DNA of 64,000 nt from Octopus vulgaris (GCA_951406725.2 OX597814.1:132432001-132496000); one strand, 5' to 3'; shown: positions 45,415 to 60,203, counted from the stretch's first letter. A program made the numbers and translations. Notes: a model not told the origin generated them from the sequence alone.

Positions 45415-47560
45415 TATCGGCCAACATCATCAAACATTTAAATGTGTGTAACACAAATGTTTTTCATAATGTTATGGAAGTTTAAGTAAACCACTGTGTG
45501 GTTGTTATAAGAAACATATACGTAACATGCACACACAGACACACACACACACAAATTATACAAGCGTATATATTTAAATAGGTACTCTTACGCTATTTCT
45601 TTCTTTCGCTGACATTCGCTCTCTCGCTCTCTCTTTGTGTTTATAGATACACACAACACACACACACAAACACAGACACAAAATCACTCACATACACACA
45701 TATACATACAATTATAAATATATAAGCGTATATAGAAATATGCATATATTTACATGCATTCATTTAAAAAATACAATCATACATACGTTAACCAAAAAGA
45801 GATCTCTAAGTGAAATATATTTCTTGCTATTTTGTTCTTCTATAGTGTAAAAATGGAGGGAACTCTTATCTTGCCTACTATCATATTTAACTCAATTAAC
45901 ATTTTCTCTTTTTTAAAACCTAAAACCATATCAGGTTTCTTTATATATAAATATTTGAAACCGATAAATGGTGTTGAATGAATTTACATATACGTTACAT
46001 GTTCCTAACACTAAATACTTCTATATTCATGGTTTAATCCTCATTATACGAATCAACAAAGCCTATAAATTCAGAGACCTGCATACACATGAAAGTGCAC
46101 ATGTTATCTTAACTTGCTGGCATTCTGATAATAATGGTAATAATTCTGGTAATAATGAACAATATTTTATTCCATTTGAGTCACATTTCAAAAATATAGG
46201 AAGATTATTCATAAATTTTACATGCATTAACTTGAGTGCATATCTGACTGTCATTTTGTTTTATATTTAATTACATAAATGAGAGGTAGAATTACAGCAG
46301 TTTCATAAATTTCTTCAAGTATTAAATTCACTATGCAACGATTTATACTTACATGCTTTCGTTCATATCATTGCTCATCCTTTTACAAAACAATTTTATA
46401 TTCACAAATTGATTCAAATAACGAAAGCTAGCGTCCTTGCATATTTGACATGACACTACGTTGTAATTGATGATCATGTGAACTGATAGAGATTACTGTG
46501 ATAGCCGCTAGATTCTCAGAACCCACATTCATATCATATAGTTACTTAAACATTAGTACTCAGTCCCCCAGAAAATTAACACACATAATAACGTTTATGT
46601 AATATTTACATAAATATTTAATTCTAACTAATATATAACTTTGAAACACAATATATATAAGCATTTTTGCATATATTTAAACATAAATTCATATATGTAT
46701 GTTAGCAAATGTAGATTAATGTTTGTGTGTATGTTTATTTCCAGGCAAACATGCACCTTCACACACACTCACGCGCGCACACACTCACACACACATACAC
46801 ACATATATATATATACGTCATAATAACTGAATAAAATTTTTTTTCAAGATAAACTATTTAATTTTTCTATGTATATATTTACAATTATATTTATCATCCG
46901 TAGAATGATTATAAAACTGTTTAAATATCATTTTCTCTTGCTTTTCCATAATGCAAAACCTAAGACATATATATGTTAATTTGTATCATATATTTATTGT
47001 ATTGTAAACAATTGGATTATAATATCAATAAAAAGTTTATTTCAATACATAACGTGTCCTTTGCTACGTTCATATTTTCATTCTCTGACTTGAATAAAAC
47101 CTGTTAACCTCCACTCACTGACTGCATTAGTCGCTAAACATGAATGAATACACTATACCCTAAAAATATGCAGTTAAATTTACTGAAGCAGTTTTCCTGC
47201 TATACTCTGGAAGGAAAAGCCCTGTAATCATATGAAATTTCAGGCACTTCACAATCGGTCGAACATCAGGCTAAAATCGGAATACACTAACCCAGAAGGT
47301 AATACACTAATTGCACCAAATCCTGAACTACTTACCTCTTTTACACATAATCTTTTTGACTCAGGGACTAGTAGACCAGATACCGTTTTGTATTCGGTAT
47401 GCATTCAAAGCAATGATTAGTAATTTTCGACACCGCTATGCTTTTGAATCTCTTTAACAATTCACAATAATGACTTTTGATCATTTAATTCCTACCTCAG
47501 TTCATCTAATTGCATATATCCATCGTTAATTTTCATTACAACACATTCTTCTTACTTCCC

Positions 47561-47598
<38 letters not shown>

Positions 47599-47744
47599 AC
47601 TTGAACGGTTTCACATTTTCAATAAAATATTATCAAAAGTAAAATATAAAACTTTGTATAAGCTTTGTTGTGTTAAAAAATTGTTATCATAGTTATATTT
47701 AAATACAGTTATACAGTCTTTGATAATGATGCGAAAATGTTAAG

Positions 47745-49230
47745 ATGGTCTTTATGTTTAAACAGTTTACATTAAATGGGTAAATCCCACGTCAGTACCC
47801 TCTTTGATACGGTGTATATCTTCAGTACTGAATTAAGAATGGAGTGAAGTATGTTCGTCTTGATGAGACTAACACATCTGTGTATGGACGAGCTAGAAAT
47901 ACCATCGGGGGAGGTTATGAAGCAAATAGAAGACACGGGCTCTAAGTACTTGGGGATATTGGAAATGGATAAATTGGTGGAGGAACAAATGACCGGACAA
48001 TTTAAGGTGGAGTACTTGCACAGACTAAGTCAAAATTAAGAAGTTGAAATAAGATTGAAAGTGTAAACACCTGGGCGGTTTCAGTCCTTAGAGATGGAAC
48101 GGGCTTAATCGCATAGACAGTCGACGAACTAAACAGCTTAGACAGAAACACAAATAAGTTGCTGATTAGATATGGGTTACTCCACCCAAAAAGTGACACA
48201 AGCAGACTGTATGTACCACGAGAAAGAGCGGAAGTGGACTGATTGAATACGAAGACAGAATTAGAGCAGAAAAAACATTGTATGCAAAAAATGCTACAGA
48301 ACCGCTATTATTGGAAGTAGGAAGGTTACGCTTGTTTAGGATGGAAGATTGCAAAGATAAAGCACTGTTCAAGCACTTGAGAAGGAATGAAACTGAAAAT
48401 TAGGGGCTAAAGAAGAATACATGGACAATTTGTTAGGGGTGTTGAATATAAAACAGGCAGAAAAAAATGAAGATGGTTATGGATCACTAAATTCGATTTA
48501 AACCCGGAAACGGTGATTTTAATTTGTGCTGCCCGAGAGCAAGCATGAAATACCAATTACATCAAATATAGAATAGACAACACATCAGAAATTGATAAGT
48601 GCAGCATTTTTGTACAAAATGGTGAAACCGTATCACATATTACCTGTCAATGTACGCCATTAACGCAAGGATTGTGCGTTGGACACTTTGCAACAAGTAT
48701 TCACTTGATAGAGTAAAAGAAGTGGTACAAACATACATCTGAAGGCATCATGGAAAATGATAATGCAAAGATTCTATGGTATTTTACAATTCGGTGTGAC
48801 TATAATAGAGAGAATAGAAAACCAGACATAGTGTTAATTGAGAAAGAGGGTAAACGAAGCTGGATCATGTTCAGCTGACAACAAGGCATGCGATAAAGAA
48901 GAAAGAAAAGTCGATAGATATGACAGGTTAGCTTGGGAGATTAAACAGTTGTCGTCGTTGTGGTCGCTGAAAAATGTGGTAGGAGCACCAATAATTGTCG
49001 GAAAGCTGGGAACAATAAGTAAAAATCTTGAGTAGTACATAGAACATATAGAGACTGCAATAATAGTGGAGCCCATGCAGAAATCAGCTCTGCTCCTAAG
49101 AGCTTGAATAATCCTGATGGTGCTCGAAAAATAGCGGTTGTTTCCTTAGTTCACTGTAGTTAACAGCCAAAACAGTGGTACGTCTCCAGCGTTCCAGGTT
49201 GTGCAACGACAATGTAATAATAATAATAAT
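47745..49230 (+). mobile_element. Degenerate R4/Dong-like relic, unit 3 copy
   Basis: Paralog of 7880-9360; keeps a short segment near 48230-48255 that is missing in units 1 and 2. Confidence 0.8.
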
Positions 49231-49337
49231 TGCCTCACAGACCCGCCCGAGAATATGGGAAACACTGTTATTAATATAGAAAATCACGAATGCAAACAAT
49301 TTAGTTGATGTGAATATATTTTGTGTAAATGTGTATG

Positions 49338-49401
<64 letters not shown>

Positions 49402-50175
49402 CACACACACGCCCATAAATACATATATATATGTGACTGTGTCAGGGCGCGTTGTGCATCCTGAAAGTTCCGTCTTTTCTGTGTTCACGGATTGGACGCT
49501 TCATTGAGCATGTCACTCCAATTCGCGTCTGACGAAACGGCCTAGCCTTCCTGCAGAACTCATATCCTCAATGAATCGCGGGTTAAATGTTGGTTTCATC
49601 GAGTGCATGCTTACTCACGCGTAAATAAACATCTAAAATATTAGCTACGACTATGTAGTCTTTTGTGAGTTACAGCTATGGTTTTCTAAATAGATTTGAA
49701 CGTACACACTTATGTAATCAAGTATGTATTTATAAGGGTATCACATGGCATCAAAAATGAATCATTCCAGTAATTGTTTTTGACAATAGCTTTTCTCGTG
49801 TAACAAGGTTGCAGCTATGATTTACGTATGTATGTATGTATGTATGTATGTATTTATGTATTTATGTATGTATGTATGTATGTATTTATGTATGTATGTA
49901 TTTATGTATGTGTGTGTGTTTGCGGCGCATGTGTATGTATATGTGCGTGTGTGTGCGAGACTGTGCACGCGTCTTTATGTCTTTGGCCCTCAACACCGGT
50001 TGACAAACGGTGTTGTTATATTTACATTCAGCAACTTAACACTGCCGCAAAATGTTCGTTGGGATAAGTGCCAAGTTTGAAAAACGGACTATTGTTAATT
50101 CAATAAAATTCTTGAATGCGGTGTCACTGGCCGCAATCTCATGACCGAAAAAAGTAAGTACTTAGATACACATAT

Positions 50176-50244
<69 letters not shown>

Positions 50245-52721
50245 AATTCTTTATTCATTAATTCTTTTACTTCATTCAGTCACTAGACAGCGGCCATCCT
50301 GGAGCACCAGCTTGGAGGCTTTTAGTTAAAAATATCGAGCCGAGAACATATTTTCTAAGTCTAGTAACTATTCAAAACTTCTCTTTCGCCGGAACGCTAC
50401 CTTACAATTATAGCAACACGCAAACACATGCTTCTGGATCGGTCATGCGGGTGATAAACACATACACAATAACAAAGGCACACACACACTCACACATGCA
50501 CATGCACGTGGTCATGCACAGACATAAGCACGCGCGCATATACGCACTCATATTCGACGGGCTTCTTTCCGTTTCCGTCTACCAAATCCACTCACAAGTC
50601 TTTAGTCAGCCCGTTGCTATGGTAAAACACACTTGTCAAGTCAGAATAAACCCAGAACCATGCGTTTGGGAAGCAAGATTCTTTTCTGCTCTAGGCACAA
50701 GGACCGAAATTTTGGGAGAGGAAGCCAGTCGATTAGATCGACCCCAGTTTGCAACTGGAACTTAGTTTATTGAGCCCGAAAGGATAAAAGGCAAAGTCGA
50801 CCTCGGTGGAATTTGAACTCACAACTTAAAGATATTTCTCCCGGCGTGATAACGTTTCTGCCCGTTCGCCGCCTTCTGCAGGGCTTCTTACCACAGAGCC
50901 ATGGCACATACAAAAACTTTTATTATATGTTATGTTGATCTGTTATAGGGGTGATAATAAAAAGTACTCCCACGAGCGTGAGGTAAATATCGTTTAATAT
51001 GCACAGGATTTAAATGTAAGCTACTCTAAGTACCATTCTTCTGACATTGCGAAAGTCGGACGATCTTGTATTGCATCTTGTATATCATCATGTTTACCGT
51101 TCAAGAGGAAACGCAATGTGACTAGTGTCTGAGAAATTGCAAGAAAGAACGAGAGAAACATAGTATCGAGAGAAATAAATATAATAAAACGATTTGAAAG
51201 CATGGAGAGATGGTAGATAAGAGTTGCGTCCCTTCGAATAGGAATTATAGCTTGGTGAGGTGGATTTGACAGTGAAATATTTGAAGCTGTGTTAAAAACT
51301 GTATCATATTTAAAAGGTACTGCTCATTGGAGTAGCCACTCTACTTTGTTTAGTGGAAATACGGCTTGAAGTTCGTCGGTATGCAATTTATTTGATATGA
51401 AAATAAGAATGTTTATTACGATTGAGTTATACGCTATCAATATAGCTTCTGTACTCACCACCGAGTCCAGTCTTCACATGCATAAGTTGACAAGCTGTAG
51501 CTCACAGCAAGATTCGAAGTTGTCGGCTACATACACAATGGTTTGGACGGCCTATGGAAGCCTTGCACGGTGTGTGACCACTGTTATATGCAGACATTTT
51601 TGTGGATCCATGGGCGGGAGCTAAGTGTCAGGTGAGACACCAAACGGGCGAACAACTCCGAAGGGCATCTCAAGTTCTACACTTACTACCCCATTCAGAC
51701 GACTATGCATCGCATTGCAGGGGCACAATAAAAACACGAACTGACCAACTCGTCACCTGCAGTTCCAGCAGACAACCAGTGCCCCTTTTCTCGAGCCATT
51801 TGATTTCCTTCTTAATATATTTGATTTATAACACGCAAATCACTAAGTTTACCTTCCATATAGGAATTGGCTTACAAAAGATTTGCTTACTTTGTTTGCG
51901 GGAAAAATTTAGGTCCTGGAACTAAACATTATTTGGCGTGTTTCATGGGATTCTTTGGTGCTTATTTCAGTTCCCAAATTTCCATGTTGTCAAATAACGT
52001 CATATTCTGAATTCATTATTTTGTAGTTAGCAGATAATTACGGCATTATTCCTTAACATACTTAGGCAAAATGATTTGTAAAATGTGGATTTTGAGATTT
52101 TTCATCGGTTATTAGCCTTCCTGAAGTATTATCGTAACACGTTAGGCAAATTGAAAACTATTTTTCGTATATTTCTTCGATTCTTGTCTCAGTTCGTTCG
52201 TTTCAGAGGTGAATATATAGTGTGTCGTATTAGCGAGGTAATACCACGAAATTTATACCTGGACTAAATGTTTCATAGGCACAAAGACGAGGTCAATCTG
52301 TAAAACGGTCAGTCTTATCTCGAAAGGGCTTTTCCTTCCAGTGTGTAGCAGGAAAACTAAATTTAACGGCATATTTTGGGGTTTTGTGTATTTATTCGTG
52401 TTCAGCTGCCAATGGAGTCAGTGAGTGGAGATTTACAGTTTTTATTCAAGTCAGAGAATGAAAATATGGAAATAAGAAAGGACACGTTATGTATTGAAAA
52501 ACATTTTTTATTGATATTAGAATACAGTTTTTTTTACAATAAAATAGATATATGATACAAATTAACATATATGTCTTAAGGTTTGCGTTATGGAAAAGCA
52601 AAAGAAAATTATATTTAAACAGTTTTGCGAACATTCTACGGATGATAAATATAATTGTAATTATATACATAGATAAAAATTAAATAATATATCTTTAGGA
52701 AAATATTCATTCAGTTAGAAT

Positions 52722-52773
<52 letters not shown>

Positions 52774-54110
52774 CGTGTGCGTGCGCGTGTGTGTGCGTTG
52801 TGTGTGTGTGTGTGAAGGAGCATGTGAGCCTGCAAATACACACACGCACAAACAGACACTCACGCCTACATTTGCTAGCATACATGTATACAAATTATGT
52901 TAAAATATATACAAAAATACTTATATATATTGTGTTTCAAAGTTACGTATCAGTTAGAATTAAATATTTATGTAAATATTACATAAACGTTATTATTAGT
53001 GAGAATGTACTGGTAGACTGAGTACTAGTGTTTAAGTAACTATATGATACGGATATTGATACGGATAATATTGAGGCTATCACAGTAATCTCTATCAGGT
53101 AACGAACATTAATTGCAACGTAGTGTCATGTCAAATATCGGCGGATGATCGCTTTCTTTATTGGAATTAATTTGTGAATATAAAATTGTTTTGTAAAAGA
53201 TGAGCAATGATATGAACGAAAACATGTAAATATAAAAATTTATGAAACTGCTGTAATTCTACCTCACATTTATGTACTTATATATAAAACAAAATGACGG
53301 TCAGATATGCACCCTCTCAAGTTAATGCACTTAACATTTATGAATGTTCTTCCTGTGTTTTTGAAATGTTACTCAAATGGAATGGAATGTTGTTCATTAC
53401 TTCCAGAATTATTACCATTATTATCAGAATGCCATCAAAGTAAGATAACATGTGCACTTTCATGTGTATGCAGATCTCTATATTTATATGCATTGTTGAT
53501 ATTTATAATGAGGATTAAACCTTGAATATCGAAGTATTTCACGTTAGGAACATGTAGCGTATATGTAAATGCATTCAACAACATTTATATAAAGTATCTT
53601 GATATAGGTTTAGGTTAAAAAAAAGTGAAATGTTAATAATGACTTAAATATGATAATAAGCAACATAAGTTAAATATGATTGCAAGCAAAATAGAAAGAC
53701 CAAATAATTTGTACGAAATATGTCTCATTTACGAAACAGCTGTTACGAAACAAAACTGTTTTTTGCCAATAAATACATGTATTAATGCATTTATAAATGT
53801 ATGCTTATATACGTCTAATTATATGCATATTTCTTTAGAAATGTATATATTTATATTTATATGTATATGTGCGTGTGTATGTGTGTGTGTTGTGTCTATG
53901 TATAAACACAGATAGAGAATGAATGACAGAAAGAAGGAAATAGTGAGAGAGAACGCATCTTAATATGTTCCCTTGTATGATATATTGTGTGTGTGCATGT
54001 TTCGTATGTGTTTCGTATAACAACCACACAGTGGTTTACTTAAACTTCCATAACATTATGAAAACCATTTGTGTTACACACATTTGAATGTTTGATGATG
54101 TTGGCCGATA

Positions 54111-55477
54111 TTACGACTCATATTCGTCGTCATTTCCTCCAGATATTACATCAACTTTCCGTGCGCACACACAGGCTGTAGGAACCTCGATGACACTTGG
54201 TTTATAAACGTACAGTCCATCAACACATTCAGCTGTACGTTTCAGGACAGTCATTGGAGTATACACCATCACACATTGATGGTTACTGTCAGAGTCCAGG
54301 CAGTCTGTACAGCGACACACGACTTCTGTGAATGATGGAGGAAAATATGTGGAATTGTGGGTAATTTTCAGGTACCATGGGCACGTTAAACGCTCGCGTA
54401 TGATATCAGTAGATACAGAAGATGTAGGGCAAGTTTTATCCCCTACGGTCAGTGCTTGTTGGTCACTTCCAGCTGGAGCTATTTCAGCTGGTAGAAAAAA
54501 GTTATTGCCGATCGCTGTGCTGTATAGTTTCTCGTACTGAACTTTCAAGTCGTTTGGTATATTACATTGAGTCGGAATTGACGCCGAAGATATGAACAAT
54601 ACGACGTTGGTGAGGAGAATTACAACCTGGAGGAGAACCTGTGTGATAAAAAATGTTTATGTGAAGTTGAGTAATTGCAGTTCAGAAATCAAGTATAATA
54701 TACTACTTGTACCGCTCACATCAACTCACTCACTTACTGACTGACTAACTAACTCACTCTCTCACTCACTCACTCACTCACTCACTCACTCACTCACTCA
54801 CTCACTCACTCACTCGCTCATTCACGCACTCTCTCACTCTCTCAGTCTTTTTGCTAAAGTATGTATGTGTGAATGCATTTTTAAATGTATGCTTATATAC
54901 TTGTAAACATATGCATATTTCTATACACATGTATATATTTATATTTGTATGTATATATGTGTGTGTATGTGTGTGAGTGTATGTGTTACAATAGCATAAT
55001 AATTCTGATTGAGATAGGCATCATTAATTATAATATGGATTCGAAAATACAATCAACATCGTTAATATCATAAAAAACTAATGTAGATTTACAAATCTGT
55101 GCATCGAAATAGAAAAACGATTACGTATAACAACACTATACACTGTTTTCGAATATTTGTACTTGACAATCCACAAATGAGTAATACAATACAGGAGAGA
55201 ATACAATCTTAAATCTCAAAATATTTCATATTCCGTAAATTATGTGTAAAATAGCCATTAACCTATGTTCGTCTTCGTAACTCTTTATTATTTAATAGAT
55301 TCTCTAGTGTAATTTATTCTTGTAAATAATGGTACTATTCATCTTTTATTATGTCATTAAATCTATGTAGTCCCTTAAATTCAAGTATCCATACCCAAAA
55401 TAAGCTTAAACTATGATAAAGTCAGCATAAACTGATACTGTATAGAAAATACTACACCGATCTTATTGTTTTTGTTG

Positions 55478-55544
<67 letters not shown>

Positions 55545-57800
55545 CATTATTATTCAGTAGTTTTATTTTTATTTTTATAGCGTGCTTTCACTTCACTACC
55601 GAGCGCAGCTCTGTGTGCCTTGGGTATGTGCTGTGATTTGTTGTGATGCTCTGATGGTTATTGTATGGAAAGTGTTCTGCGTAGGATGTGTGCAGTGCCT
55701 AGTAGTGCAATTTTCTGTATGTTATATGTGTTTGTAAGTCCTGGTGTTTTTGTTATGTATTTGTCTGAATATTTTGTTTTCATGCCTAATGCACCTACTA
55801 TGATAGGAATTGTTTCTGTTTTCAGATTCCACATTCTAGTTACCTCTATTTCCAGGTCTTTGTATTTTGAGAGTTTCTCCATTTCTTTTAGAGACACGTT
55901 GTCATCTGCCGGTACTGGTACATCAATTAGAAAGCATTTTTTTCTTCATGGTCTCTGACAACTATATCTGGTCTGTTGGCCTTAATTTCTCTATCTGTGT
56001 GTATCGGCATATCCCAGAGTATGGTTGCTTTCTCGTTTTCTGTGACCTTTTCTGGTGTGTGCCTATACCATCTTTTTTCTGTTGTTATTCCATAATGTTG
56101 GCATAGCTTCCAATGTATGTAAGTTCCAACTCTGTCATGTCTGTGAATATATTCCTTCTTAGCCAGGACTGGGCAGCTAGAGATAATATGATTTATTGTT
56201 TCTTGTCCATCTCCACATATTCTGCAGTTACTTGTAATATTTCTTTTCATTACATGTTTTTGGTAATTTCTGGTGGGGAGGCTTTGGTCTTGTGCTGCAA
56301 TTAAAAATCCCTCTGTTTCTGCTTTGAGTCCTGAGCTTCTCAACCATTGCTGGGATTTTTCTTTGTCTATTTCTTTTGCGTTTAGTTTAGTCCAGTATTT
56401 ACCATGAAGGGGCTTTTCTTGCCATCGTTTTATCATGGTTCGTTGCTGTTCTATTTTTAGTTTGGATTTCATTTTTTTATAGCTTTTGTTGTTTCTTCAT
56501 CTTCTTCTTCTTCTTCATGTTTATTAGGTGGTATGATTTCTTGTTTGTATTTGTCAGCTTCCTTAAATACTGAGAACAGTTTTTTGTTTTGCTCGTGTTT
56601 TGCCGCTATCTGGATCAGTTTTCCTTCCTTCTGAAGTAGATATTTTTGCAGTCCTATGGTGGTTATTTTATAGTAGTTTTCCAGCTGTATAAGGCCTCTA
56701 CCACCTTCTATACGTTGTATATATAGTCTTTCTATGTCAGATTTTGGGTGATGCATCCTAGATCCTGTCATTATTTTTCTTGTTTTCCTGTCTATTTTGG
56801 TCAGGTCATTTCGTGTCCAGTTAAGGATATTGTAGCTGTAACTTATAACTGGGACAGCTAAAGTGTTGATACCTATTATCTTGTTTTTAGCATTGAGCTC
56901 TGTGTTTAGTATTGATCTAACTCGTCTATAATATTCTTTTTTTATTTTCTCTTTCATTTGTGTGTGTTGTGTCTTATCTAGTTCATGGATTCCTAAGTAT
57001 TTGTAAGTTTGGCTTTGGTCTAATTCTTTTATTTCATTTGCTTCATCTAGTGTGATATTGTTACTCTTAACTAGTTTTCCTCTTTTCATGGTTACTTTGG
57101 CGCATTTTTCTAATCCAAATTTCATATCTATTTCTTTGGTAAATCCATGAACTGTCTTTAATAGTGTTTCCAGCTGTTTGTCATTTGCAGCGTATAGTTT
57201 TAGGTCATCCATATATAAAAGGTGGCTGATCGTTTTGCCGTAACATTTATATCCGCATCCAGTTCTATTTAGCATATCAGATAGAGGTGACAGTGCCAAG
57301 CAGAAAAGGAGTGGAGAGAGCGTATCTCCCTGGAATATTCCTCTTCTAATGGGGATGTCTTTGGTTTTCATGAGTCCCTCTTTTGTTTGGAGGTGTAGGA
57401 CTGTTTGCCATTTATTCATAGAGTGCTCTATGAATTTTATGATTGTTGGTGCTACTTTGTTAATGGCTAGTGTTTCGAGGATCCATGTGTGGGGGATGCT
57501 ATCAAACGCCTTTTTGTAGTCAATCCAGGCCATACTGAGGCCTCTCTTCTTTCTGTGGCTGTCTTCAGTTATGGCTTTATTAATCATTAGTTGATCTTTA
57601 CAGCCATATGAGCCTTTGCGGCATCCTTTCTGCTCTTCTGGGAACAGTTTTTTTCGTCCAGGTGCTTGTTCAGCCTTTGTGATATCACTGCAGTAAATGC
57701 CTTGAACATAGTAGGGAGGCAGGTTATTGGTCTGTAGTTTTCTGGTTTTTCTGTTTCATTTGATTTGGGAATTAAGATGGTTTTCCCCTTCGTGAGCCAT

Positions 57801-57890
<90 letters not shown>

Positions 57891-58229
57891 TGAATGCCTG
57901 GAATCGAACTCGGAATCTTGGAGTTAGTAGACAGCGCTAATTACCATTCATATACAAACAAAACGACCCTTCTGTCTTCCGCCCATCTTTCACCTCTACG
58001 CCTATGCATCTTCAATAGTCTCATTATTGAACACTAATCTTGAAACTTATTCCTCCTCCCACTACCCTCTATTTAAATACCTCCAAATACACTTAGTTCT
58101 CCATAAGATCATTTCGTCCGGAATATCCATTCTGTCAACAGCTCAAATTTACGAGTGTATCCCTGAAAACTGAGGCTGGTATTATCCCAAGTTGTAATCA
58201 ATTTAAAATATCTGTTTCTAATCTAAAAA

Positions 58230-58280
<51 letters not shown>

Positions 58281-58322
58281 CTGTACCAGATGAAGGACCA
58301 AATTTGTTAAGTAAACTGTATT

Positions 58323-58360
<38 letters not shown>

Positions 58361-58837
58361 CTACACATATGCTTTCGTTTTGAAAAATACAACATTGAAC
58401 AAAGGATATTCTAATATTTGAATGAAACCATTTTACTTTAATTTGTAGAACCAGTTACTCCTGTATGATAAAACTTAATATTTATTCAACTGTCAATCAT
58501 TGAGATATTAGACTAAATCAATTGAAGATCAGACAACAGACTCAGTGGTTGTCAGTTTGTATTCTGTCATCTGTATCTTCAACACAAGAAAGTCTCTTTC
58601 TCAAGTATGGACCTTATGAAATTTTGCTCATATATGATCTAAGTTATATGATGTATAAAAACAAGTAATACACAAATAAAAATCTGTAAATATAAAACCA
58701 TCCGAATTTCTGAGTACCTTATTTCTTCTAATATAAAAAACCCGTACATCATCTCCAAACCTTCCAATATATATATATGTATATGTGTGTGTGTGTGTGT
58801 TTGTGTGTGTACATGTATACATATGTATATATATGTG

Positions 58838-58891
<54 letters not shown>

Positions 58892-58977
58892 TATATATAT
58901 ACAGGTAGTACTATTAAGTTAGACATGGCCTGGGCCAATAATGGCCGAAACCTATCAAAGTATCAAAGTATATATAT

Positions 58978-59034
<57 letters not shown>

Positions 59035-59190
59035 TATGTATGCATGTATGTATGTATGCATAAGGGGGTTACTCTTTTACTCTTTTACTTGTTTCAGTCA
59101 TTTGACTGCGGCCATGCTGGAGCACCGCCTTTATTTCTAAATATGGAACGCTTCACGAATTTGCGTGTCATCCTTGCGCAGGGGCCATGT

Positions 59191-59226
<36 letters not shown>

Positions 59227-59954
59227 ATTGCCGAAATAATCTTATTTCCTAAAAAGCTTTTTAAAACTCTATGTACAGAGTTTATGAAACTTTTTAAAAG
59301 ATAATTTGAAGGGCATATATCTCAGTGGTTAGAGCATCTGTCTTATAATCATGGGGTAAAACATTCGCTTTCCGTGCCGGGCTGTGTTTTGTGTTTTTAA
59401 GCAAAACCCTTTATATGGCGTTGCTCTATTTCCCTCAGCTGTGGAAATGAGGTGCGACGCCACAGGTGCTAAGTGGTGTCGGCCTTTGCCTTTACCTATT
59501 CAACAATCGATGGCGTGGAGAGGGGAATCTGGTATGCACTGGCCGGACTTAATTCTTTGGTGAAGAACATTCTTGGAAGAATCCCTTGGACATTCAGGAC
59601 AAAAGGTTTTATTTCTTTTAACCAAGAAATAACTAAAGAGATAGGGAAATGAATACACAGTTTATGTGCTACATATCCTTCTGTTTTAAGTTTCTTTAAA
59701 TCATTTGCACAAATTCTACTTGTAGGAAAACATACGGGGCCATTGATAAAAATATATATGTAGAATTAAATTAATATACCACAGCCATAGAAATACGTAT
59801 CACATGTATAGTACTAATCTGCGTTAAGTACATAAGCAAAATGCTGCACTCATTCCTATGAATGATAGAAGAGTAAGCAAAGACATAAGACTGAACATAT
59901 AAATATTACAGTTGATATTAACAAGGTTTGTCTACTTACGTTGGTGGTATTCAT
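54111..59954 (-). CDS. IL17: Interleukin-17-like cytokine 6, complement(join(54111..54638,59940..59954)), 180 aa
   Basis: Exon 1 MNTTN|GTAAGT; acceptor cacacag at 54639; motif variant RLTCPW; intron lengthened by the Dong insertion. Confidence 0.85.
55555..57802 (-). mobile_element. Young 5'-truncated R4/Dong-clade non-LTR retrotransposon (RT + CCHC + restriction-like endonuclease) in (TAA)n
   Basis: WIDYKKAFDS, RGIFQGDTLSPLLF, LLYMDDLKL, YKYLG, CRICGDGQETINHIISSC, RHD and RPDIVV..ID..P..K..KY..L motifs across ORFs 56469-57587, 55927-56472 and 55658-55897. (TTA)n on both sides; empty sites at ~15685-15757 and ~36178-36242. Confidence 0.9.
59139..59235 (-). pseudogene. U6: U6 snRNA retropseudogene, copy 3
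   Basis: Matches U6; AGC triad reads AAC as in copy 2. Confidence 0.9.
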
Positions 59955-60084
59955 TATAATGGATGGTCACTTGGAATGGAAAGAATTACAATCGTATATA
60001 TGTATGTATTTTCAGAGAAATCTTGAGAGTGCTAGTTTATCAAAATGATATTCGCTTGTGATGATTACAGCTCATCTGAGATTA

Positions 60085-60203
60085 CTTATATATAATATTT
60101 TCACCGTGGAATTACCATATGTCACAAAGATTAATGAAAATTTTAAAAATTATAAATATAAACAGGAGGAACTAACACATTTATGGAAAATATTTGCTTC
60201 CGG
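60085..60203 (-). promoter_or_regulatory. Putative promoter of IL-17 gene 6 (distal part deleted)
   Basis: TATA 60085-60092, kappaB-like 60108-60116, ETS-like 60196-60203. Confidence 0.55.
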
